Shown here one piece after another: positions 37,501 to 44,106 of a DNA stretch of 48,826 nucleotides. Each line of letters starts with the position of its first letter. Within the stretch, counting starts at the first letter, position 1. Made by a program: the position numbers and the translations under genes. The stretch is from Cytophagales bacterium (GTDB lineage: Bacteria; Bacteroidota; Bacteroidia; Cytophagales; JAAEPT01): the NCBI GenBank assembly GCA_011524675.1, contig WTJX01000555.1:3034-51859 (forward strand), read 5' to 3'. The notes under the pieces were generated by a model. That model worked only from the letters and a program-made list of their open reading frames with translations. It was not told where the DNA came from and searched no databases.

Positions 37501-39595
37501 AATAGAGCTGGCTAAAACAATGAAGTATACCTCTGCAGGTAAATTTATCAGACAATCTAAAGATTGGTTTAAACACCTGGGCACGCTTACAAATCTATTA
37601 GATAGAATTACTGAAGGGAAAACTGTATTTAGAGACAAGGTTTATCGAAGACTTAATCGAATGGATAACCAGTATAACACTGGATTGTTTGAAACTAAAA
37701 CAAAATTAGATGAGCTCGCCAACAGCATTGAAGGAGTAAGAAAAGGATACAATGAAATAAAAAGATTACTCAACATCGGTGTTGTCAATATGGATGTTAG
37801 AAACAAAAGAACTGGAAGGATAAGAAAAGATGTATTCAGTGGTGACCAGCTTCTAAGAATGTATGCGCTTAGCAAGAACGAAATACAAAGAGATGTATTA
37901 CTTCAACAGATTGGCGAATCTGGTTTAGCCAAAGTAGAAGAAATGCTTGACCCAAAAGCAAAAGAGTTTGCAGACAAGGTTGTTGATTATTTAAGCAATG
38001 AGTACTATGAAAGCGTTAACGCAGTCTATTCTCAAATGAATGATGTTAACTTAGGTTTTATAGATAATTACTTCCCAACCATGAAAGCGCCAGAAACTGT
38101 AAACAAAGACGACATCACAGTTGATTTAAGGAACGCAAACTTTGAAGGTATATTTAATGCAGAGACCGCACCTGCATTGAAAGAACGTAGTGACAAAGCT
38201 TTAAACATTGAGCTCGATGCTGTTGACTTTACTTCTACTTTAGAAAATCATTTCCAAACAATGGAGAAGTACAAGGCTTATGCTGAGGGAACTAAAATGT
38301 TAAATGCGTTTTTTAATACGCCTTCAGTTGCAATGCTGATTGAGCAGATGGGAATGAGACAACCAATAAAACAAGCCGTAAACTTTGCCATCAACCCTAA
38401 CGCTGGCATGAAGTCGAATCTATCTAATAAATTTTTAGACGGCATGCAGGTTAGGTTTACTGGCTTTGCTCTTTCATTTAAAGCTATACAAATTTTAAAA
38501 CAAGCCACTTCGTTTATCAATGCTTACGAAGAATATAGTTTCTTTAACAAAGACTCTAAAGTTCCCAATGTGGTAAAATCTGCACTTGACCCTATAATGT
38601 TTATGGTTGATGGCGCTCAGGTTATGTTTGATTTAGCCAAAGATTTGGTTGGCGCAAAAGGAGCTATACGAGAAGCTATGGAAATCTCTCCCACTTTTAG
38701 AAAAAGGGTAGAGCAAGGTCTTGAAGGAGACATTTATGGATTAGAGTCTGGTTCTAAAACTTTTAAACGAGTAAGCAAAAGAACAGACAAAGTGGGTAGA
38801 GCTATACGTGCTTTCAAATCAGCAGCTGCATCCCCTACTATCATAGGTGATATACTCGGTGTTATGGGGTATATGATTAACTACAAAAGAAACATTAAGA
38901 ATGGCATGTCAAAAGCAGAAGCTGTTGAAGCTTTTAACAACTACAATGCCACTCAACAGTCCAGAAGAGGTGCTGACAAAATACCTTTACAGCAAAGCAA
39001 TAATGCTTTACAGCGTGGATTTACAATGTTTGGTAGTACGTTGTTTTTGCAGATGAATAAAGTTATGCAGACATCTACCAACATAATAAGAAGTGTACAA
39101 GCTGGCAAGATGCCACGCAAACAAGACATACGAGGGTTTTATTTAAACGCTGCTATAGCAAACGTATTGTTTGTAGGCGTTTCAAACATAGCTAAGTTTG
39201 TTAAAGGTGATGACGAGGATAGAATGGACGCTCTTAAAAAGATGGCAGAGGCCATGGCTGGTATGAACTTACTGTATCAAATACCCTATGCTGGAGCGAC
39301 AATCGAAGAGTATGATTTAGTTGGTAGAATGATTGAAGGTGAAGACTACAAAAAGAAGATAACGTATTCTGATAATGTAGTTAACCCTATAGAAAGCGTT
39401 GTGCGTAAAATTAGAAAAGGTTTGCGTAATGAAGAAGGAACTTTCAAGTCACAAATTTTACCCATCTTGGAGCTTGTGATAGGAGCGCAAGTCGACCCAT
39501 TCATAGGTTTAGGAAATACTTTTGGACAAGACTCCACAGAAGCAGAGTTTGAAGACAACATATATGATGTGCTTGGTATATCCCCCATCATATAG
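31529..39595 (+). CDS. giant (2688 aa) virion-associated multidomain protein with a zincin HEXXH motif
   Basis: A single uninterrupted 8.07-kb ORF. HEMGH lies at nt 35882-35896 in the context 'IYINPQV...NTSIHEMGHVWIKF'. Gly-rich hydrophobic stretch (GSTVAGAGIGTAIAPGPGTVKGA). Position is analogous to T7 gp16. Confidence 0.7.
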   Translation: MNEQAFIDAYNMFLQGGYRGSRDEFKELLAGNPDALNDSFEMFKQGGFNGTIEDYQTLIGITAVKKKDEPDMVSGLETGLLDSSEREQILQAEPPQVAIDATEVGQQKFISPIEAAEATARREEFEADRAVKMQQFQEQEQEKAEAAELERKKQSEILLQDPEFALAVSNLDAKLIAKEEEDVVPFMIDNFQKYGFTFEEAGLGDAMLVTTSDGKNTISIDLDPFTSKTEVLESQKLKDFISEHALSPKEKTAEESLNEKAMRAQQMRKFARVNPDGSRSTVLFTSFEEDGKYKVIPTLFPKDPNFYGSAANTWQELGFDDAKLLAEERGEVFEFDTQEEAEEFAQGSWKDRHSSHALGQVIYAEEGLDFAEENKIYQNYLKVRDKIDFIEGELAEFGAEYLKDLTEEERKKYSNLYVDGIMRDDIQQVLTDLKQQEQNLFDVVMDDDKIRLRESLDVELEKEYQKVAQVAAQTNAQAEFFLDNLQLQSLTTFGVKLEDLNSIKPQTEAEADLIDGLKVAYREAQATKTNAAQKYEQALTFYDAKHDQTITDEFTDNFTSVIQEFQKGLNNGNAGEVLLQLSTGLPFDFSTLDVNDPEDIKKAAQMIATFKGKNINYKDSRIMSRWNRAKGLKETMKVFADDPAELALTLAANSIGQMLPYGFEIITGSTVAGAGIGTAIAPGPGTVKGATRGFRVGFAATSLALEYTNAFFEAMQKKGLNPLDPEDNVAAINDPEIWEIAKERGMKRGIPIAVVDYLSAGLAGRVFKVSSMAGRGTRFTAFAAERSLIDPVTEGLGETLAQVNVGDEINVKDILAESIGGFGNNTSHMAVNLFVDSRKLSNIELADTFTDIPLLLEARGTNTQISKWSNNMERLGQIDQDVNQRIQKNLGLSKDADNLLQLGVGKNTPANKALKARVMQLLAAKEEYTATPNRKAVFGKKVADINFELAFITENKKQLPPGQRTLLEGLVESTPEVRQDVGRYTIDGKRVTRAQFIKYINEKNRPTLLGTMLTVDNDDETTKLLENKLDAVQIRETEEVDVREQTRDGQEVGTGVPQLETAQPQTAQTEDSSVGPIVAVAPFFNTTINTVEEANQLRQDKNYIQYKDNLTGIGNQLGLTVEVEEGIGGYKNEAGQEIIEISNRVVLPDATLQQAEEYAAMVAALAPETQESTIAAQYVQDNTQEQNGNEYVIQVSDTQAAMNALQQAGITDFSINESTNEVSFIDIFDFADPMLQDKIGIFAENLNNNNVNYEIKDYRPVQSNFIDKGTRKEIIGRIAKERAESRQGGQDLYNSLVQAIENDARFQGIDVSEYIDLDLNQLRQISEAASQEVQDLQQILEPGRPIESTQRLTLEIDETKGRRGINQREFFVEAANENLDNANKLNSFINKAFPGVVISTDQQTFDEIVTSPQVQKYSVGEDIVYGMTVNGDIYINPQVHNSQSQLFNTSIHEMGHVWIKFLKTTPKGQQIYNQGKELVKQTPLYQSQLKKFKNNEEKAVDETMAILIGDKGQQIADASLKSKFQQWLAGMWNYIKAQFKMSKDLTVDEIQDMNLDAFVGTALADIFSGREIKLSDQQLTQLKDGDVAFSTGQSMQSIINTGRENGISDASIREVLIGRGFNRTDINEAMTVRIDEDITMPSEFGNVEGGVEQGTQLFNEVRQGLTEFTTEETTMADVRQKAMDLMKENAIFQAQPEQTQLQLLSSFDRTLGTRANRNVQKEISSIRQSLKDRKKGETSLRDAQNRLKTFIRNNLPRSNTFTQAQINRLINRVTNTTEAKLLADGEFVIKMVQEQQAKMKKAMLNDILKVVKSKALTGFTKSGKRRAKGLSKEGQSYFNSAKKVLNAALKNDVEAMEELRNNIVTNEQVITDILQRQRAGETITTREQSLVFDALAFDNFADVMNMDLNQVQQLMNRLQQIRGESIATFKSRRAQRVAQYEAQANEVTEQIKETNPELFDEDGNVLEAQEFSAKRKQYLQKLKKLGVGKGLIELAKTMKYTSAGKFIRQSKDWFKHLGTLTNLLDRITEGKTVFRDKVYRRLNRMDNQYNTGLFETKTKLDELANSIEGVRKGYNEIKRLLNIGVVNMDVRNKRTGRIRKDVFSGDQLLRMYALSKNEIQRDVLLQQIGESGLAKVEEMLDPKAKEFADKVVDYLSNEYYESVNAVYSQMNDVNLGFIDNYFPTMKAPETVNKDDITVDLRNANFEGIFNAETAPALKERSDKALNIELDAVDFTSTLENHFQTMEKYKAYAEGTKMLNAFFNTPSVAMLIEQMGMRQPIKQAVNFAINPNAGMKSNLSNKFLDGMQVRFTGFALSFKAIQILKQATSFINAYEEYSFFNKDSKVPNVVKSALDPIMFMVDGAQVMFDLAKDLVGAKGAIREAMEISPTFRKRVEQGLEGDIYGLESGSKTFKRVSKRTDKVGRAIRAFKSAAASPTIIGDILGVMGYMINYKRNIKNGMSKAEAVEAFNNYNATQQSRRGADKIPLQQSNNALQRGFTMFGSTLFLQMNKVMQTSTNIIRSVQAGKMPRKQDIRGFYLNAAIANVLFVGVSNIAKFVKGDDEDRMDALKKMAEAMAGMNLLYQIPYAGATIEEYDLVGRMIEGEDYKKKITYSDNVVNPIESVVRKIRKGLRNEEGTFKSQILPILELVIGAQVDPFIGLGNTFGQDSTEAEFEDNIYDVLGISPII

Positions 39596-39626
39596 ACCCA
39601 GCAAGAGAGAGGTCAAGAGAGACAGG

Positions 39627-39785
39627 ATGAATAAGACTGACATGAAAAAGTTTTTCCCTGACTTATATGAAGACTTATATGGGCCTCAAGGTTCTATGCG
39701 TGAAATCGAAGATATCAAAAGAGAAATAGCTAAAGAGAAAAGACAGATAAGAGAAGAGTTGAAAGAAGAAATGTATGGCGATTAA
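39627..39785 (+). CDS. small charged ORF (52 aa) or frameshifted C-terminal extension of the giant ORF
   Basis: The track ORF 39522..39785 overlaps the giant ORF's end; its first ATG past that end is 39627 (MNKTDMKKFFPDLYEDLYGPQG...). The frame is open across the giant ORF's stop. Confidence 0.35.
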   Translation: MNKTDMKKFFPDLYEDLYGPQGSMREIEDIKREIAKEKRQIREELKEEMYGD

Positions 39786-40159
39786 TAATACCTCGCATAC
39801 TTAAATAACTTTTGCTTATCGTAAAACACAAACAGCTCTGCAGAGTATTCATTCTCTCCATGCCATTTTACTTTACCTTGCACTTCGTTTATTTTAGCAT
39901 ACATAATTCCATCTAAACACGACCATATAATAACTGGGTTTAATCTTTTGGCAGATAAGTGAGATAGCTTTCTTAAAGATATAGCCAGGGGGAAACAGTC
40001 TTTGATAGATTTATTACAGGGTATAACCTCTACGTAAGCTATGAGTTTTTTTTCTTTGTTGTATACCCTAAAGTCTACATCATTCTCATCCAGCTGTTTG
40101 TAGCTTCCTGAAAATCTATCTGTAAAAGTGCTGATTGCTTTGAGTCTTGTTTGCGTCAT
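39782..40159 (-). CDS. hypothetical protein (last gene of the minus arm)
   Basis: 125 aa, ATGA-coupled to the upstream gene. Its stop overlaps the plus-arm stop by 4 nt. Confidence 0.55.
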   Translation of the reverse strand: MTQTRLKAISTFTDRFSGSYKQLDENDVDFRVYNKEKKLIAYVEVIPCNKSIKDCFPLAISLRKLSHLSAKRLNPVIIWSCLDGIMYAKINEVQGKVKWHGENEYSAELFVFYDKQKLFKYARYY

Positions 40160-40875
40160 AGCTCCATAAGTCTATTGATAGCTGTGTGGCCACCAATAAC
40201 TACTCCACATCCAATAGCTTGTTTTTTAAAATGTTTTGCATACGCAGCTGCATAAGCTGAGCAGTCTATGCCACATCCTACCTGCATACCAAACACCCTG
40301 AAGTTTCTTCCAACCATCCATTCAGTATATGCTTGGGTGTGTATATGTCCTTGAACTGTAGACATCATGTCGTTCTTAGCTTTTGTTCGAGCTGTTCCTC
40401 CTTCTCCGTGTACGTATTGAACATTGTCATACACAATTCTCTCAACCCAATTCCATTCCGTTCCCAACACTTCGTTGTAAGATTTAATCCACCGCTTGGG
40501 TATCTGAGACTCAAATGCTTTACGCATAATCATTCTGTCGTGGTTTCCAATGAGCACATCTGCTTTTGGAAAAGCACTTACCCAATCTTGTATATGACTA
40601 ATTGCTAAGTCAAGTTCATCTCCACCGCCCATGCCGTCTGGGTCTGTAGTGTGAAAAGAGGAATAGTGATTATCAATGATGTCGCCAATAAAAATAACCT
40701 GGTTACAATTATATATAGCGTAAGTTTCTTTGCAGAAATCAAGATAGCCATGCAAAGTGAATGGAGCGTGTATGTCTCCAATTACAAGTATTCTTTTTTC
40801 TTTGCTGGTAATATGGTTAAAAGCAGCCAGTTTATTTCCTTTGAGCCGCGGACGAACGTCTTTATTATATGTCAT
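40156..40875 (-). CDS. calcineurin-like metallophosphoesterase
   Basis: Ordered motifs GDIHAP (DxH), GDIIDN (GDxxD), GNHD, VHGEGG and GHIH. Confidence 0.85.
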   Translation of the reverse strand: MTYNKDVRPRLKGNKLAAFNHITSKEKRILVIGDIHAPFTLHGYLDFCKETYAIYNCNQVIFIGDIIDNHYSSFHTTDPDGMGGGDELDLAISHIQDWVSAFPKADVLIGNHDRMIMRKAFESQIPKRWIKSYNEVLGTEWNWVERIVYDNVQYVHGEGGTARTKAKNDMMSTVQGHIHTQAYTEWMVGRNFRVFGMQVGCGIDCSAYAAAYAKHFKKQAIGCGVVIGGHTAINRLMEL

Positions 40876-41053
40876 CTTCTATAGAGTCAATTATATTTTT
40901 GAGTTGTAATATAAGTGATTTGGCTTGGGTCTTACAAGCAGAGTAATCTCTATCAATAAGCGACTCGTATATTTCGTCACAGGAGTCGTGGAGAGCGCCT
41001 GTGATAAGGTTCACATGCTTTATTCTCTCTTCCTCCAGTGCTGTTAGTGTCAT
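40865..41053 (-). CDS. hypothetical small protein
   Basis: 62-aa ORF, tightly packed between neighbouring genes. Confidence 0.45.
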   Translation of the reverse strand: MTLTALEEERIKHVNLITGALHDSCDEIYESLIDRDYSACKTQAKSLILQLKNIIDSIEDDI

Positions 41054-41056
41054 TAT

Positions 41057-41290
41057 TTATCTGTCCATAGCGACTAAAAAATCATTGCCTAACTTATTAT
41101 TTATACCCTTTATCAAGCGGTATATCTTTCGTGAATTTTTTTTGGCTGTTTCTTTTTCGGTCTTGGTTGAGTCCTTACCTAAGTTGGTGTATATATCACA
41201 ATCAATCCGTAGGAGCTCATCAATCTTTTGTCTGTCTGACCAAGACTTGAACTCTGCTATTTTCTCTACGTCATTTATGTTATATGCCAT
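41057..41290 (-). CDS. hypothetical small protein
   Basis: 77-aa ORF, tightly packed between neighbouring genes. Confidence 0.45.
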   Translation of the reverse strand: MAYNINDVEKIAEFKSWSDRQKIDELLRIDCDIYTNLGKDSTKTEKETAKKNSRKIYRLIKGINNKLGNDFLVAMDR

Positions 41291-41828
41291 TTAGATATGT
41301 GTTTAATCTTCTGGTTACTTGCTCTACTTGTTGAGGTTTTACTCTTTCTTTAATTAACTTGTAAAGAGGAGCGTATTCCTCATTCATAATGTTGAACTTT
41401 TCTTGCTCGTTTTTTAAACGATTTATATTCAAAGTTAATACATTTATTTTATTCTCCAAAGAATAGACATAATTTTTGCATTTTTGTAATTCCATGTCGT
41501 GCACTGGATGAGCCTTTTCTGTATAGGAATTGTAGCATTGTAGGTACTTATTCCACAGCTCGTTATCCATTTGGATGTAGTGAAAATGTTTTAGGTAATG
41601 TATAACTGTAGCGTGGTTTTTACCTAAAGTCTTTGCGATGGCAGATATAGTTAGGTTATTGACCTCGTGAAGTATGTTAGAGTAAGCTATCCTGGCTTCT
41701 ACTATTTCTCTTCTTCTGCTTTTGTCTAATAAATTAACGTCAAAAACTGTCTCAATTATTTTTTGGAGTTGTTTGGAATTGGTTGTATAAACTTTTGATT
41801 TCATTGTATTGTAGTGTTTTATTTTCAT
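41280..41828 (-). CDS. DnaA domain IV-like helix-turn-helix DNA-binding protein
   Basis: 'DKSRRREIVEARIAYSNILHEVNNLTISAIAKTLGKNHATVIHYLKHF' parallels the DnaA C-terminal domain pattern (R..i...R.iAMyL.relt..Sl..IG..FG.rDHTTV.ha..ki). The start is uncertain (ATG 41828 or 41804). Confidence 0.6.
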   Translation of the reverse strand: MKIKHYNTMKSKVYTTNSKQLQKIIETVFDVNLLDKSRRREIVEARIAYSNILHEVNNLTISAIAKTLGKNHATVIHYLKHFHYIQMDNELWNKYLQCYNSYTEKAHPVHDMELQKCKNYVYSLENKINVLTLNINRLKNEQEKFNIMNEEYAPLYKLIKERVKPQQVEQVTRRLNTYLNGI

Positions 41829-42123
41829 TATAGTAATCTAAATATGTATCCGAATCTATAAAATCTAAATCAAGATACACCGCATTTTCATTTGGTTGTT
41901 TTAAAAATTCAACTGTAAAAAATACTGCAGGGTCATGTTTTGTAACCACCCCTGCAAAGGTTTGTGACCATCCATGCTCTTCAGGAAGATACTCAGCGTT
42001 CCAGTCTATTTGCTTAGCAATCTCTAAGCCAACGCTGGACGGCAAGTCTCTGAGTTGTGAGATAAAATAATCATCTACCTCGTACTCCATCTCACCCTCT
42101 GTATATCTCAACCTTAATGCCAT
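41752..42123 (-). CDS. hypothetical protein
   Basis: 123-aa ORF. Overlaps the downstream gene by up to 77 nt. Confidence 0.5.
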   Translation of the reverse strand: MALRLRYTEGEMEYEVDDYFISQLRDLPSSVGLEIAKQIDWNAEYLPEEHGWSQTFAGVVTKHDPAVFFTVEFLKQPNENAVYLDLDFIDSDTYLDYYNENKTLQYNEIKSLYNQFQTTPKNN

Positions 42124-42331
42124 GGTTTTCTAATTCTTCTATTCTATATTGTTGTAGAGGTGACACCTTGCCACCTTCTTTTTTTATCTCGCTAAACAAC
42201 ACGTCTGCTCCTGGAGGTATTGCTATCAAATCTGGTATGCCGTTTTTATTAGTCTTGATTAGTTTGATAACATAATAACCTTCTGCTTGCAGTTCTTCTA
42301 TTCTTTTGGATTGAATTTGTTGTTCGGTCAT
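42092..42331 (-). CDS. VRR-NUC family nuclease
   Basis: 79 aa. 'GIPDLIAI....VLFSEIKKEGGKVSPLQ' matches the PD...(D/E)xK core and 'lsp.Q' signature of VRR-NUC. Adjacent to an SNF2 helicase, a common pairing. Confidence 0.75.
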   Translation of the reverse strand: MTEQQIQSKRIEELQAEGYYVIKLIKTNKNGIPDLIAIPPGADVLFSEIKKEGGKVSPLQQYRIEELENHGIKVEIYRG

Positions 42332-42334
42332 TCA

Positions 42335-43570
42335 TCACAAAGATAACAAATCCTTTTTGAAGTGTCTGAGCGTGTAATCTTTCTTCTTAATTACCATATC
42401 ATATATCTTCGTTTCAATACCTCTGTCTGCAAATATCCAGTAAACATCACTTTGCAACCTATCCTTGGTTGTCATCCTATCTCTTGACTGCCAATAACTT
42501 GTGGCGCTAAAATCTATATTGTAATACACCAGAGCTTCAGCTTGACGAAGGCTAATGCCTTCTCGCCCTGAAACAATTTGAAGCGCAATACTTTTGTCAG
42601 TGTCTTCAAAGACACTAAGCTCAGTTGTCAGCTCGTCTCCATATATTTGTTTCAATGCTTTCAGTTCCGCTTTGAACTTATAAAAGATGCCAATCTTCTT
42701 GTCTTTAAATGTACCCTTAATAAACTCCGCCTTAGTTAAATCAATTATGGATGAAGTTCCATCTTCAAATATAATTGTACCACTATATAGTTGATGCAAC
42801 TTTTGCATCAGCTTTGCAGGAGTATCAGCAAGTATAGTGTTACTGCTACCCTTTACCACTAAGTCCTTTTGCAGTTTTTTTGTTATGTAATATGTCGCGT
42901 CTTTCATTCTTACTTTTAAAACTCGCTCTGTTGTTTCCACTTTGAAGCCTGCGTTTTTTTGTGTAAATGAAATCATGTATGGTTGCATCGCATGAAGTAT
43001 GCTCTGCCTACCCCTGCTGTAGTCACGTATATACATGCTGTTTATCTTTCGCTCTCTTACATCCACGTGTTTCTTTGAAAACTTATAAAAGTTTACAAAC
43101 TCATTAAAAGGATTGTTTGGAATACCAAACACCTGGTGGTACATTTGGCTGTACGACTCAGGTGTTGGCGTTCCTGACAACAAGCAAACATAACAGTCTG
43201 CTTTCGATAAAATTGTTTTTACTTGTCGAGCTCTCTTGCTTGGTTTTGGAAACGCACCCATGCTGTGAGCCTCATCAAGTATTACCATATCCCAATCATG
43301 TGGTGGTTCTACCTTATGTAAAGACTCGTAGTTTATAACAAAAATGTTATATGATGGACTCAACATTTTGTAGTCTGATTGTATACTGGTGATAGCTTTT
43401 TTCTTAGTAACAAACAAAACATTTTTGCATCTCAGTTTCTCAGATATACCTAAGCTGGTTAAGGTCTTGCCTGTCCTAACTTCCATAGCCAGATACAAAA
43501 ACTTATGCTGTAAAAGAACTTCTGTTCCTTTGCGTATTATGTCTTCTTGGTATGGCCTAAACTTCATCAA
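42335..43570 (-). CDS. SNF2/DEAD-like superfamily-2 helicase
   Basis: RPYQ, Walker A 'EVRTGKT', 'VILDEAHSM' (DEAH), 'LLSGTP', and a C-terminal helicase lobe. Confidence 0.85.
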   Translation of the reverse strand: MMKFRPYQEDIIRKGTEVLLQHKFLYLAMEVRTGKTLTSLGISEKLRCKNVLFVTKKKAITSIQSDYKMLSPSYNIFVINYESLHKVEPPHDWDMVILDEAHSMGAFPKPSKRARQVKTILSKADCYVCLLSGTPTPESYSQMYHQVFGIPNNPFNEFVNFYKFSKKHVDVRERKINSMYIRDYSRGRQSILHAMQPYMISFTQKNAGFKVETTERVLKVRMKDATYYITKKLQKDLVVKGSSNTILADTPAKLMQKLHQLYSGTIIFEDGTSSIIDLTKAEFIKGTFKDKKIGIFYKFKAELKALKQIYGDELTTELSVFEDTDKSIALQIVSGREGISLRQAEALVYYNIDFSATSYWQSRDRMTTKDRLQSDVYWIFADRGIETKIYDMVIKKKDYTLRHFKKDLLSL

Positions 43571-43886
43571 AGTTGTGTTTAAAGTTTGTTCTCTCTACTT
43601 GCATCTTGAACCACTCAAAGGCTCTCATGCCAGTTATGTGTGTGTCCGTAGGCACAAAGTATCTCCAGCCTTTTGAGTATCCATTTGGAATGTAATAAAA
43701 AAAGAAAGCTGCAAGCTTGCCGCTGTCTTTTTTAAATATCACACAAGCCGTTTGGTCTGAAGTTGGTATGATTTCTTTTATGGTGAACGTCTCGTTCTGC
43801 CAATTCTGTTCTCTATTTGTTTTAGAAAATCTTTGAGCCACCTCTTTAGCAAACTCATTCAGTTCTCTTGCTGTTTCTTTTTTCAT
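43557..43886 (-). CDS. hypothetical protein
   Basis: 109-aa ORF. Confidence 0.5.
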   Translation of the reverse strand: MKKETARELNEFAKEVAQRFSKTNREQNWQNETFTIKEIIPTSDQTACVIFKKDSGKLAAFFFYYIPNGYSKGWRYFVPTDTHITGMRAFEWFKMQVERTNFKHNFDEV

Positions 43887-44106
43887 TTAGATATAATTTA
43901 ATTTTACTGCATCGTTCATAATCCTCAATCTCTTCAAAATAATCTAACATCTCCATTACATTTTCTTTGCGCGGAGGTATAGCAGGGTTGTGCACAAAGT
44001 AATTGAAGTCAGACTCTACGAAATCATCTGTATTTTTTTTATTAATTATTACATCGTATGAATTTAAAAAAGCAATGTGTTCGTCAAAGTCTTGTAGCTC
44101 CTCCAT
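43855..44106 (-). CDS. hypothetical acidic protein
   Basis: The track start at 44160 overlaps the primase gene by 55 nt. The in-frame ATG at 44106 (MEELQDFDEH...) forms TAATG with the primase stop, so it is the preferred start. Confidence 0.45.
   Translation of the reverse strand: MEELQDFDEHIAFLNSYDVIINKKNTDDFVESDFNYFVHNPAIPPRKENVMEMLDYFEEIEDYERCSKIKLYLNEKRNSKRTE

Noticed and set aside
39782-40159. A possible PD-(D/E)xK nuclease motif in the 125-aa terminal ORF (DVDF...YVEVIPCNK).
   Set aside because: The spacing does not give a proper (D/E)xK and no other nuclease blocks are visible. The ORF is left as hypothetical.
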